This document shows positions 40,983 to 50,598 of a stretch of 64,000 nt of DNA, piece after piece. The DNA comes from Desulfobulbales bacterium (GTDB taxonomy: Bacteria > Desulfobacterota > Desulfobulbia > Desulfobulbales > Desulfobulbaceae): contig JBBQCO010000003.1 in the NCBI GenBank assembly GCA_038318785.1, positions 1,761-65,760 on the forward strand. Reading direction: 5' to 3'. The notes beneath the pieces are model-generated. The model made no database searches. It had not been told where the DNA came from and saw only the letters and a program-made list of their open reading frames with translations. Each line of letters begins with the position of its first letter. Positions within the stretch are counted from its first letter, which is position 1. The position numbers and the translations under genes are program-made.

Positions 40983-43932
40983 GTATTCGTTTTCCCCGCT
41001 CCAGGGTTTCCCTGATTGACCGGGAAAAATCAACCGGCAGCCGCACCTCCTGACCCGCTTTGTTCTGGAAGAGGAGGTGTTGGTTCCGGAGTCCGAACAA
41101 GAAAAGATCACGTGTAATTTCAACATCCTTCCGGCAATACTCTGCGAGTTTTTTCATTTCCCCCTGCTTGAACCAGCGCAAGGCATCTAGGCCGTCCACG
41201 TCTTTTTTCACCAGCAGGGTTTTTTCCGCTAACCTGTCCAAGCTGAGCCGATATCCCAATTGCTCGGTGATCACCTCAAGAATATCAAAAGACGGCAGCA
41301 GGCTGAGATCTTGCTTGGTGTAGGCCGAAAGCACCTTGTTGTCGAACCGTTTGTTGTTGAACCCGACCACCAGGTCCAGAGCAAACAACCGTTGGATCAG
41401 TTCTCCAATGGCGTCCTCGGTGAAGGTGGTGAATTGTTGCCCCTCACTCTCATAAAGCACGGCGACGCTGATCTGCATCAGGTTGGCTCGGTTCCAGCCA
41501 CCAACCTCCTGGGCCGATTTTTGGGTTTCCACGTCAAAGACGCCGAATTTTTTCGGAAGATCAAAGGTTTCCTTTAGGTTGATCGCGGGCGCTCTAAGCG
41601 GGGCAGGTCGATTATTGTCGGGAAGAGCTCTTTCTGGTTGCGTGGCATGGAGTTGTTCCAGGAGAAAAAGACAGGCCTGTTTGTCGAGGGGCCGGTTACC
41701 GGAGCCGCATTTGGGCGAATGGACACACGAGGGGCAGCCGAGATCGCAGGGACAGTCGCTAACGATTTTTCGGGTCTGTTCAAGCAGGCTGGCCATAGCG
41801 GCAAAGGCCTTGGAGGTCAATCCCATGCCGCCGGCGTATCCATCGTAGACAAAGACTGCCGGGCCTGCTACCTGATCGTGCCAAGGGTGGGAAATGCCGC
41901 CGAGATCGTTGCGGTCGCAAAGTACCAGCAGGGGCATAAGTCCAATCATTGCATGTTCCATGGCGTGAATGCCGCCCATGAAATGTAATTGAGCCGCCTC
42001 GGTTTTTTTTTGCAGCCAGACCGGGATCTCGATCCAGAAGCCCTCGGTTTCAAAGATCTGCGGTGGCAGGTCGAGGGGGATCCGGTTGATGATTCGCATG
42101 CTGCCCTGCGCTATTTTTTGGTAGCCGGTTATGCGTTCAGTGACCCGTAGTTCGCCGAAATGGACAAAAGTCGCACCGCACCGGATGCTGCGGCGGACCT
42201 CCAGGATCTCGGTGGTTTTCTCGGTCAGCACCCTGGTGAAATAGGAAGGCTTGACCGGTGAAACCAGAACCTCCCGGCCTTCCTGATCCAGGCTGTCGAC
42301 ATGATAGGTGCGGGCACTATGGAGATAGATGGCGCCGGGGTGGCACTCCCGCAGGGCCCGGTAAGCGTCGATCTCGCCCAATAATTTTCGTTGTGGCTGC
42401 TCTAAAATCGCCATCGTCGTGCCACCGCCGCGGAGATTGACATGGCGTTGCGGATAGGTCTGGGGCGAGAACCAGGTGCCGCCGTCTGCCGACTGCAGGA
42501 GTTGCCCGTCCTTGGTCAGGCGATCAATAAGTATCCTCCTCTCATTGGCCAGCAGCAAGGGATCGGTCCCAGTGAGCGGCAGTTCGGCAGCGGCACAGAC
42601 CATCTGGGGACCTGCGATGAAGGGATTATCCGGATTGATGGTCACCGGTTCCACTGGCCGGGTGAAGAATTCCTCCGGATTGCGCATGAAATAATGATCC
42701 AAGGCATCTTCATGGCCGATCAGCACCACCAGCGACTCCTGCTGTTTCCTGCCGACTCGGCCTGCCCGTTGCCAGGTGGCCATCATCGATCCGGGGTAGC
42801 CGACCAGGATGCAGATGTCGAGGTTACCGATGTCGATTCCCAATTCCAGAGCTGAGGTGGAGATCACACCCAAGAGGTTGCCGTTGGCCAGGCGGTCTTC
42901 GATGTCACGGCGCTCCTCCGGCAGAAAACCGGAGCGGTAGGAGGCGATCAGGCCCTTTTGTTCCTTAAGCCGCCCCTCGGTCCAGATGGTGATCAGTTCG
43001 GTCATTTTGCGCGACTGGCAGTAGACAATCGTGCGTAGGCCCCGGCTGACTGCTGCTTCCAGCAACTGACTGGCGCTGGCGGCGGCGGAATCGAGAGGGT
43101 TGAGCAGGAGGATGTTGCGAGCGGCACTCCCTGCCCCGGATTGAGTTACTTCCGTCACCGGTGAATCGATCAACAGCCGGGCATGTTCCCCGGGATTGCC
43201 GATGGTGGCCGAGGCCAGGATAAAGGTGGGGTTTGAGCCGTACAAGGCGCAGATGCGTTTGAGCCGCCGCATCACCCAGGCCACGTGTGAGCCGAAAACG
43301 CCCCGGTAGGTGTGGACCTCGTCGATGACCACATGCCGCAGGTTTGCCCAGAAGTGGCCCCAACGATCATGGTAGGGCAGCATCGAGAGGTGCAGCATGT
43401 CTGGGTTGGTGATCAGGATGGGCGGCAGAAAATCGCGGATTTTTTTGCGGCGGTAGCCGGATGTGTCGCCGTCATAGATGGCGGCGGGTTGCTGCTCACC
43501 GCGGATCGCCTCCGGCAGCATTCGCCAGAGCCTGTCGACGGTTTTGAGTTGATCCTGGGCTAGTGCCTTCAAGGGAAAGAGATAGAGGGCCTTAGCGGAG
43601 GGGTCGCGGAGAAAGGTCTGTAAAACCGGCAGGGTGTAGATCAGGCTCTTGCCTGAGGCGGTGGGTGTGGCCACCACCGTATTCTGGCCGGCCAGGATAT
43701 GGGCGATGGCCGTGTATTGGTGGGTATAGAGGTTGTGCACCCCCATATCCCGGACCAGCTGTTGCAGTGCGGTTGCCAGGAGATCGGGCGGAGCGGTGGT
43801 TGCCGCCGCGGCCGCAATAATACGGTGATCCACAACCTGCGGCCCGAATTTTTCCGAAGCTTTCAAGGCGAGGATATATTCCGCCACCGTGCCACGTTCC
43901 GGTCTCATCTCATGTGTCCGAGCATCGCTCAC
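40945..43932 (-). CDS. MrfA/Hrq1-like DEAH helicase (DUF1998 Zn domain) fused to a C-terminal RNase H-fold DEDD exonuclease
   Basis: PTASGKS, DEVH, SAT, ELGIDIG, QRAGRVGR, CPC..GCPSC; then FDVET, GFNNKRFD, YCRKDV. Confidence 0.9.
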   Translation of the reverse strand: MSDARTHEMRPERGTVAEYILALKASEKFGPQVVDHRIIAAAAATTAPPDLLATALQQLVRDMGVHNLYTHQYTAIAHILAGQNTVVATPTASGKSLIYTLPVLQTFLRDPSAKALYLFPLKALAQDQLKTVDRLWRMLPEAIRGEQQPAAIYDGDTSGYRRKKIRDFLPPILITNPDMLHLSMLPYHDRWGHFWANLRHVVIDEVHTYRGVFGSHVAWVMRRLKRICALYGSNPTFILASATIGNPGEHARLLIDSPVTEVTQSGAGSAARNILLLNPLDSAAASASQLLEAAVSRGLRTIVYCQSRKMTELITIWTEGRLKEQKGLIASYRSGFLPEERRDIEDRLANGNLLGVISTSALELGIDIGNLDICILVGYPGSMMATWQRAGRVGRKQQESLVVLIGHEDALDHYFMRNPEEFFTRPVEPVTINPDNPFIAGPQMVCAAAELPLTGTDPLLLANERRILIDRLTKDGQLLQSADGGTWFSPQTYPQRHVNLRGGGTTMAILEQPQRKLLGEIDAYRALRECHPGAIYLHSARTYHVDSLDQEGREVLVSPVKPSYFTRVLTEKTTEILEVRRSIRCGATFVHFGELRVTERITGYQKIAQGSMRIINRIPLDLPPQIFETEGFWIEIPVWLQKKTEAAQLHFMGGIHAMEHAMIGLMPLLVLCDRNDLGGISHPWHDQVAGPAVFVYDGYAGGMGLTSKAFAAMASLLEQTRKIVSDCPCDLGCPSCVHSPKCGSGNRPLDKQACLFLLEQLHATQPERALPDNNRPAPLRAPAINLKETFDLPKKFGVFDVETQKSAQEVGGWNRANLMQISVAVLYESEGQQFTTFTEDAIGELIQRLFALDLVVGFNNKRFDNKVLSAYTKQDLSLLPSFDILEVITEQLGYRLSLDRLAEKTLLVKKDVDGLDALRWFKQGEMKKLAEYCRKDVEITRDLFLFGLRNQHLLFQNKAGQEVRLPVDFSRSIRETLERGKRILRARQGLYAPSR

Positions 43933-44198
43933 GTCATTTTCTAAAAAAATCTTGCCTATCCGCCGCTGAAAATGTATTGGACCGTGTTGGAGTTATTTTT
44001 TCGGATTCGCCTCGCATGCCGCGCTTCTCTTTTTCCTGAAAAATCCACCTCTCCATGGGCAACGGCTTCACGGTTGTCGCACGATTTTTGTTCATCGAGG
44101 CTGGGGGCAAGGGTTGGGCCCATACGGGACGACAATGCCGGGCAGTACTCGGCCGGTGAAGGAATGCACACTCAAAACCTGCGCAGGAACACCCCACA

Positions 44199-45884
44199 AT
44201 GAAAACAATCGCCACCCTCGGGCCGGAACAATCCCAGTCATGGCAGGCCGCCGTCCAGTACGACAGTGAGGCGGAAATACGGCTGTATCCGCACGTCAAG
44301 GCCCTGCTCGATGCCTTTGCCGCGCGTGAAGTCGAGTATGCCGTCCTGCCGGTGTATAATACCCGCGAAGGTGAAAAGAAACAGTATTTCCGTTTTTTTG
44401 ATCAGATCAAGGCCGGGTATTGGGTCGATAATGTTATTCTGCACTCCAATCTCTCGCTGGGCGTGTTCAACGAGGAGGATGCAGTCGAAAGCCTGCGCAT
44501 GCTGGTGGGGAAGCGCGAGGTTTTCAACCAGTGCGAGGAGTTCATTGAAAACCGTTTGCCCGGCATCACCGAGATGAGTGTCCAGGATATCGACCAGGCC
44601 ATCACCGAGATCCGGGACAGCGGCCAGAGCAAGGGCAGGGCGGTCATCGACAATGCTGAGACCCTGACTGCCCACGGCTTGCGCATCATTGAGCGCGAGG
44701 TTGCTCCCCATAACCGCACCCGATATGCAGTCCTCGGGCACGCCTTGGCCCCGGTGACCGGCTATGATGCCACCAGCCTGATTACCGAACCGCTGGATGA
44801 TCGGGTGGGCATCCTGGTGGATATCTTGAGCGAGTTCTCCCGCCGCGGCATCAATATTGTCGACATGCGCTCGGAAAACGATATCAAGACCCAGAAGTTG
44901 CGTATTTATCTTGAGGCAGAGGGCCATATCCAAACCAGCATCATGGCCAGTGCTCTGGCGCACATCGAGTCCCGGGTTATTCAGCAACAGGGCATGATCC
45001 GCGTCCTTGGCAGTTTTCCTCGGGTCGATATGCGGACCAAATATGTTAAATCCTTTGGTTTCATCGGCACAGGCTCCATGAGCAAGTGGTTTGCCAAACG
45101 GTTGGAGAGCGAGGGGTATGAGGTGCTACAGACCGGCCGGACTACCACCTTGCGACCCGAGCAGATGATTGAACGAGTCGACGTGGTGGTGGTCTGCGTG
45201 CCGATCTCGGTCACCTCGGCCACGGTCCGTCAATATGGCTCGCTGATCAAGGCGGGTAAAGCCCTGATCCTCCTGGCCGGCGAATCAGAAGAGACCATCA
45301 AGAGCGCCCTCGAATCGACCAACGAGGAGGTCGAGGTCATGCTGGTCCATAACCTCTGGGGCCCCCAGGCTGCCACCATGAAGGATAAGAACGCCATTGT
45401 TGTGCGGACCTCGCGCAGCGGTATGTTCTGCAGTGAGTTCGAGGCCTTTCTCTATAAGCATGGGGCTGATATCTTCCATGATTCGCCTTCCAAGCACGAT
45501 CTGCTGATGGGCATCGGTCAGAAGCTGCCCACGGTGATTTCGGTGGCCCTGGCCATGACGCTGGGTGAGAACAACATCACCAGTGAGGACATTGCCAGCC
45601 ACTGCACCCTGACCTCGCTCTATCCCATTCTCGCCATGTCACGGGTGCATTCGCAGAACCCCCGAACCTATGCGGAGATCATGTCCACCATGGGCGACAG
45701 CCGCAAGATCGTCGCCGATTTCGCCAAAAACCTGGACAAGGTGATCCGGATGGCGGAGACGGCCTCCATCCCCGGTCTCTGTTCCCTGATCGATGCAAAC
45801 GCCGAGCACCTGACCGAGACCTTTCTCCAGGCCCGGATGCAGCAGGCCAAGGCAGTCGACGATGTCCTGGGCCGGATGATTTGA
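44199..45884 (+). CDS. Prephenate dehydratase (PDT+ACT) fused to prephenate dehydrogenase
   Basis: IATLGP, PVYNT.EG, NRTRY, ACT (D.VG.L...L..F), then GFIGTGSMS, CVPI, H.LWGP, HD.LM. Confidence 0.8.
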   Translation: MKTIATLGPEQSQSWQAAVQYDSEAEIRLYPHVKALLDAFAAREVEYAVLPVYNTREGEKKQYFRFFDQIKAGYWVDNVILHSNLSLGVFNEEDAVESLRMLVGKREVFNQCEEFIENRLPGITEMSVQDIDQAITEIRDSGQSKGRAVIDNAETLTAHGLRIIEREVAPHNRTRYAVLGHALAPVTGYDATSLITEPLDDRVGILVDILSEFSRRGINIVDMRSENDIKTQKLRIYLEAEGHIQTSIMASALAHIESRVIQQQGMIRVLGSFPRVDMRTKYVKSFGFIGTGSMSKWFAKRLESEGYEVLQTGRTTTLRPEQMIERVDVVVVCVPISVTSATVRQYGSLIKAGKALILLAGESEETIKSALESTNEEVEVMLVHNLWGPQAATMKDKNAIVVRTSRSGMFCSEFEAFLYKHGADIFHDSPSKHDLLMGIGQKLPTVISVALAMTLGENNITSEDIASHCTLTSLYPILAMSRVHSQNPRTYAEIMSTMGDSRKIVADFAKNLDKVIRMAETASIPGLCSLIDANAEHLTETFLQARMQQAKAVDDVLGRMI

Positions 45885-46122
45885 AGACCGCCGGTTGACC
45901 GCACTGGGGCCAATGGTTACTATGACCGCATGACGAACCAACGTAAAAGAAACCTATTACTGCTGGCGCTTTTTGCTCTGTGGTGCGCTGTCCTTTTGTT
46001 CCGGCCTGTTGCCCCCAGCCCCGGTTGAGCCAGTCTGATCGCACCGCCGGTCGGCGGTCCGCCTTGCCCTCTGCCGCAGGTAGCAAGCCCAACCCCATCC
46101 TATTAAGGAGTCAGAAATCATC

Positions 46123-46779
46123 ATGCTGTTAACCGTCTTGAAATATATTGAAGAAAAGCATTACTGCCCCCATTGCAGCGGCGATCTCAAACTGTGTCAC
46201 GCGCCGCCGGTGCATGTTGGGGACGGGCTGGGTTGGGGCTCGGAGTTTTTGTTTGTCTGTCTCAATGATGAATGTCCGCTTTTTGTCAAAGGATGGGAGT
46301 ATATCGAGAATCAGTACGGGCATGTCGGCTCCTATCGCTACATGGAGATTCCTGATTCCAAGGAAAGTTATAATATGATGGTCGTCGGTAAAGATGCTTT
46401 TACCGGCAGTCTCGTCGATGTTGAGGCCCTCAAGCAGCAGAGTGTGCGTTACCAGCGGCTGCAAGAAGCGCTTGCAGCCCTGGAACATTGTGTCGAGCGA
46501 CAGGAGTTGGAACCGGTGCTCACCGTCTTGCTCGACGACTCGGCCTCGATCGATAGCCGACAACGGGCGGTAAAGCTGCTGGAACCATTGAATGACATTG
46601 CCTGTATCGAGCCCTTGCGCAATCATGTTTTTACAATCCCCCATCTGAAGGAAGAGGTAAAACGGGCAATCGGCAAGGTGCTGGCCGCAAATTTCCTCAA
46701 GGAATGCCCCTACTGCGCTGAGTTGATCAAGGCGAGGGCAACGGTCTGCAAACACTGTCAGCGAGAGTTGACGGCCTGA
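46123..46779 (+). CDS. Zinc-ribbon/HEAT-like protein
   Basis: CPHC...C.NDEC, C-terminal CPYCAE.I...A.VCKHC; AAGGAG RBS. Confidence 0.75.
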   Translation: MLLTVLKYIEEKHYCPHCSGDLKLCHAPPVHVGDGLGWGSEFLFVCLNDECPLFVKGWEYIENQYGHVGSYRYMEIPDSKESYNMMVVGKDAFTGSLVDVEALKQQSVRYQRLQEALAALEHCVERQELEPVLTVLLDDSASIDSRQRAVKLLEPLNDIACIEPLRNHVFTIPHLKEEVKRAIGKVLAANFLKECPYCAELIKARATVCKHCQRELTA

Positions 46780-46787
46780 CTTTCTGC

Positions 46788-46816
46788 TTGCGAAAAAGAC
46801 GGCGTACGGGTATAAA
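46788..46816 (+). promoter_or_regulatory. Sigma-70 promoter of tRNA-His
   Basis: TTGCGA-17bp-TATAAA about 15 nt upstream of the tRNA. Confidence 0.65.
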
Positions 46817-46831
46817 AGCGCTCGATTGCGT

Positions 46832-46909
46832 GGTGGGCGTAGCTCAGCTGGTGGTAGCACCGGGTTGTGGCCTCGGAGGTCGTGGGTTCAAGTCCCATCG
46901 CTCACCCCA
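46832..46909 (+). tRNA. tRNA-His(GTG)
   Basis: G-1, acceptor GTGGGCG/CGCTCAC, anticodon arm CCGGG-TTGTGGC-CTCGG, GTTCAAG T-loop, C73, encoded CCA. Confidence 0.95.
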
Positions 46910-46942
46910 TTTGTACATTTAAAGCAGTCCGAAGAAATACAT

Positions 46943-46976
46943 AAACCCGCTTCCTTTGTAGGAAAGCGGGTTTTTT
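46943..46976 (+). terminator. Rho-independent terminator after the tRNA
   Basis: AAACCCGCTTCCT-TTGT-AGGAAAGCGGGTTTTTT. Confidence 0.85.
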
Positions 46977-47173
46977 GTTGTCCAGTCACGGCTGCCAAAA
47001 TTTACGGATATCCATCCAAGAAATGTGTTGGATCGTGCGAGAGGATTATTCCTGATTGGTTTGATTTTCTTGAGTTTTTTATCGCGAAACATCAAATAGG
47101 CGTATAAGGTGAGCAGGTTTGAGCTAAAATTCTGTTGATAAAACACCAAAGGATGCATCAGGATGCTGAAGCC

Positions 47174-49972
47174 ATGACTAAGTCTGAGGCACAGACTCGA
47201 TCTGACCTTATTGACCAACAATTGGTGCTGGCCGGTTGGGACGTGAATGATCCTATCCAGGTCATCCAGGAGTTCGATATCCTGACGGAGCCATCATTTG
47301 CCACGGCTGAACCCGCTTCCCCCTATGCAGGCCACCAGTTCAGCGATTACGTCCTGCTGGGAAAAAACAGCAAACCCCTTGCCGTGGTTGAAGCCAAGAA
47401 AACAAGCAGAGATCCGGCTCTCGGCCGGGAACAAGCCAAACAATACTGCACCCATATCCGCAAGCACCTGGGCTGCGAACTCCCCTTTTGTTTCTACACC
47501 AACGGGCTCGAAACCTTTTTCTGGGATCTGGGCAACCACCCTCCTCGCAGAGTGGTGGGCTTTCCAACCCGCGACGACCTTGAGCGATTCCAGTACATCC
47601 GCCGCAACCGCAAGCCGCTCACCCAGGAACTCATCAACACGGCCATCGCCGGTCGTGATTACCAGATTCGCGCCATCCGTGCGGTTCTTGAAGGCATCGA
47701 GCAAAAAAAACGCGATTTTCTCCTGGTCATGGCCACCGGTTCCGGCAAAACCCGCACCTGCATCGCTCTGGTTGACGCCCTCATGCGGGCCAGTCACGCC
47801 GAGAAAATCCTTTTTCTCGTTGATCGCATCGCGCTCAGGGAACAGGCGCTTGCCGCCTTCAAGGAACATTTGCCCCATGAACCGCGTTGGCCCAATGTCG
47901 GAGAAAAGCTGGTCGCCAAGGATCGTCGCATCTATATCGCCACCTATCCCACCATGCTCAACATCATCCGGGATACGGCGCAGCCACTGTCACCCCATTT
48001 TTTTGATTGCATCATCATCGACGAGAGCCATCGCTCCATCTACCATACCTATGGTGAGATTCTCGACTATTTCAAAGCCATCACTCTGGGCCTGACCGCC
48101 ACCCCCACCGACATCATCGACCACAACACTTTTATCCTGTTCCACTGCGACGACGGTCTCCCCACCTTTGCCTACACTTTCGAGGAGGCGGTCAACAACA
48201 TCCCGCCGTATCTCTGCAATTTTCAGGTGATGAAAATTCAGACCCGGTTCCAGATGGAAGGCATCAGCAAGCGCACCATCACTCTCGAAGATCAGAAAAA
48301 GCTCCTCCTGGAAGGTAAGGAGATCGAAGAGATCAACTTCGAAGGTTCGCAGCTGGAAAAGCAGGTGATCAACAAGGGCACCAACACCCTGATCGTCAAA
48401 GAGTTCATGGAGGAATGCATCAAGGACGCTAATGGGGTTCTCCCCGGCAAGACCATCTTTTTTTGCTCTTCCGTGGCTCATGCCCGCAGGATCGAAGTGA
48501 TCTTCGATGCGCTTTATCCGCAGTATCACGGGGAATTGGCCAAGGTGCTCGTTTCCGACGATCCTCGTGTCTACGGCAAGGGCGGCCTGCTCGAGCAGTT
48601 CACCCTCAACGACATGCCCCGTGTGGCCATCAGCGTCGATATGCTCGATACCGGCATTGACGTCCGCGAAATCGTCAATCTGGTGTTCGCCAAACCGGTT
48701 TATTCGTACACTAAATTTTGGCAAATGATTGGACGCGGCACCCGATTGCTGGAAACAAGCAAGCCCAAGCCCTGGTGCCTCGAAAAAGAGGTTTTTCTCG
48801 TACTCGACTGCTGGGACAATTTCGAATATTTCAAACTCACCCCCAAAGGCAAGGAGCTGCCGCCGCAACTGCCCTTGCCGGTGCGACTGGTTGGCTTGCG
48901 TCTCGACAAGATCGAAAAGACCATCGACGCTGATCTGCCGGAAATTGCCTCCCGTGAAATTATCAAACTGCGCCGCCATATTGATGATTTGCCGGGAAAT
49001 TCGGTGGTGATCAAAGAGGCGGCGACCGCCCTCAATCGGCTTGCAGAAGAAAACTTCTGGATCAACCTGAACCATCAAAAACTCGAATTTCTCCGCACCG
49101 AAATCAAGCCCCTGTTCCGCACCCTTTCCGAAGTTGATTTCAAGGCAATGCGCTTCGAGCGCGATGTGCTGGAATACTCGTTGGCCCGGTTGCGCGACGA
49201 GAAAAGGAGGGCGGAAACACTAAAAGATGGGATTGTGGAGCAGATCGGCGAGTTGCCCCTCTCTGTGAGTTTCGTCCAGGTGGAAGAGTCGTTGATCCGG
49301 GCCAGTCAGACCAATCACTTCTGGGCCAAGGCGGATGAAGATGCCTTGGATGAGCTCACCACCCGGCTTGGTCCGTTGATGAAATTCCGAGAACAGACCA
49401 CCGGTCCCGGCCCAATCCACCTCAATCTGACCGATGCGCTCCATCGCAAGGAATGGGTGGAGTTTGGGCCGCAGCATGAAGCGGTGCATGTCAGCCGCTA
49501 CCGGGAGATGGTCGAGGCGCTGATCAATGAGCTGACCACCCGGCACCCGGTGCTGATCAAAATAAAAAGCGGTGACGAGATCACTCCCACAGAAGCGCAG
49601 GAGTTGGCGGAACAGTTGCACGCCGAGCATCCCCATATCACCGAGGACCTGCTGCGGCAGGTCTACAAAAACAGCAAAGCGCATTTCATCCAGTTCATCC
49701 GTCACATCCTCGGCATCGAACACCTGAAAAGTTTCCCGGAAACGGTCACCGAGGCCTTTATCCTTTTCATTGGTCGGCACACCAACCTCAGCCGCCGCCA
49801 ACTCGACTTCCTCGACCTCCTGAAAAATTTTCTCATCGAGCGCGAAAAATTGGACAAAAAAGATCTAATCAGCGCCCCCTTTACCGTCATCCACCCGCAG
49901 GGTATTCGCGGCGTGTTCAGCCCGGCCGAGATCAACGAGATCCTCCAGTTCACTGAACGGCTGGCGGCTTAA
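47174..49972 (+). CDS. hsdR: Type I restriction enzyme R subunit (EcoEI/EcoAI-like)
   Basis: SDYVL...VEAKK nuclease, MATGSGKT, DESHRS, GLTATP, DTGID, QMIGRGTR. Confidence 0.93.
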   Translation: MTKSEAQTRSDLIDQQLVLAGWDVNDPIQVIQEFDILTEPSFATAEPASPYAGHQFSDYVLLGKNSKPLAVVEAKKTSRDPALGREQAKQYCTHIRKHLGCELPFCFYTNGLETFFWDLGNHPPRRVVGFPTRDDLERFQYIRRNRKPLTQELINTAIAGRDYQIRAIRAVLEGIEQKKRDFLLVMATGSGKTRTCIALVDALMRASHAEKILFLVDRIALREQALAAFKEHLPHEPRWPNVGEKLVAKDRRIYIATYPTMLNIIRDTAQPLSPHFFDCIIIDESHRSIYHTYGEILDYFKAITLGLTATPTDIIDHNTFILFHCDDGLPTFAYTFEEAVNNIPPYLCNFQVMKIQTRFQMEGISKRTITLEDQKKLLLEGKEIEEINFEGSQLEKQVINKGTNTLIVKEFMEECIKDANGVLPGKTIFFCSSVAHARRIEVIFDALYPQYHGELAKVLVSDDPRVYGKGGLLEQFTLNDMPRVAISVDMLDTGIDVREIVNLVFAKPVYSYTKFWQMIGRGTRLLETSKPKPWCLEKEVFLVLDCWDNFEYFKLTPKGKELPPQLPLPVRLVGLRLDKIEKTIDADLPEIASREIIKLRRHIDDLPGNSVVIKEAATALNRLAEENFWINLNHQKLEFLRTEIKPLFRTLSEVDFKAMRFERDVLEYSLARLRDEKRRAETLKDGIVEQIGELPLSVSFVQVEESLIRASQTNHFWAKADEDALDELTTRLGPLMKFREQTTGPGPIHLNLTDALHRKEWVEFGPQHEAVHVSRYREMVEALINELTTRHPVLIKIKSGDEITPTEAQELAEQLHAEHPHITEDLLRQVYKNSKAHFIQFIRHILGIEHLKSFPETVTEAFILFIGRHTNLSRRQLDFLDLLKNFLIEREKLDKKDLISAPFTVIHPQGIRGVFSPAEINEILQFTERLAA

Positions 49973-49976
49973 GGTC

Positions 49977-50378
49977 ATGAACCACGAAAATCACGAAAGG
50001 CACGAAAAGGTATTTTTCAAAGAAGAGAGCTACCTGATTCAAGGCGCCATCTTCGAGGTATACCGAGAGATGGGCTGCGGCTTTCTCGAAGCCGTGTATC
50101 AGGAGTGCCTGGAAAAGGAATTGCACCTGCGCGGTATCCCTTTTGTCGCTCAACCGGAACTTGCATTGAGCTACAAAGGGGATCGTTTGCGGCTGGCCTA
50201 CAAACCGGATCTGATTTGCTATGGGCAGATCATTGTCGAACTGAAAGCCGTCAAGGAAGTCGCTGCTGAGCACAAGGCCCAAGTGCTCAACTACCTCAAA
50301 GCAACCGGCATGAAGCTTGGATTGCTCGTCAATTTCGGCACCTATCCCAAGGCAAACATCATCCGATTAGCCCTCTAG
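49977..50378 (+). CDS. GxxExxY-family protein (putative PD-(D/E)XK nuclease)
   Basis: GFLEAVY motif, KPDLI...IIVELKA, QVLNYLKATG..LGLLVNFG. Confidence 0.92.
   Translation: MNHENHERHEKVFFKEESYLIQGAIFEVYREMGCGFLEAVYQECLEKELHLRGIPFVAQPELALSYKGDRLRLAYKPDLICYGQIIVELKAVKEVAAEHKAQVLNYLKATGMKLGLLVNFGTYPKANIIRLAL
49980..50009 (+). repeat. Array A: 3x 9-nt CACGAAAnn, forward
   Basis: AAC-CACGAAAAT-CACGAAAGG-CACGAAAAG; encodes NHENHERHEK. Confidence 0.95.
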
Positions 50379-50380
50379 CA

Positions 50381-50400
50381 CTTTCGTATTTTTCGTGCTT
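50381..50400 (-). repeat. Array B: 2x 9-nt repeat, inverted, truncated
   Basis: CTTTCGTAT-TTTTCGTGC-TT, 2 nt after the GxxExxY stop. Confidence 0.85.
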
Positions 50401-50410
50401 GAAGACCATG

Positions 50411-50440
50411 AACCACGAAAGGCACGAAAAGCACAAAAAA
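50411..50440 (+). repeat. Array C: 3x 9-nt repeat, forward
   Basis: AAC-CACGAAAGG-CACGAAAAG-CACAAAAAA. Confidence 0.92.
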
Positions 50441-50571
50441 GTATTGTTCAAGGAAGAAATCTGCCGGATTCAAGCCGCCAATTTCGAGGTATACCGAGAG
50501 ATAGGTTTGGGATCACTCCAATCGATGTATCCGGAGTGTCTGGAGCAACCTTACCCGTTTAACCCTTTACC

Positions 50572-50598
50572 TTTCGTGTTGTTCGTGTCTTTCGTGGT
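50572..50598 (-). repeat. Array D: 3x 9-nt repeat, inverted
   Basis: TTTCGTGTT-GTTCGTGTC-TTTCGTGGT, just upstream of the hsdM RBS. Confidence 0.95.

Noticed and set aside
46840-46860. tRNA-His D-arm with a C13/T22 mismatch suggesting a pseudo-tRNA
   Set aside because: All other arms, G-1, C73, CCA, promoter and terminator are intact, and 3-bp D-stems occur in functional tRNAs.
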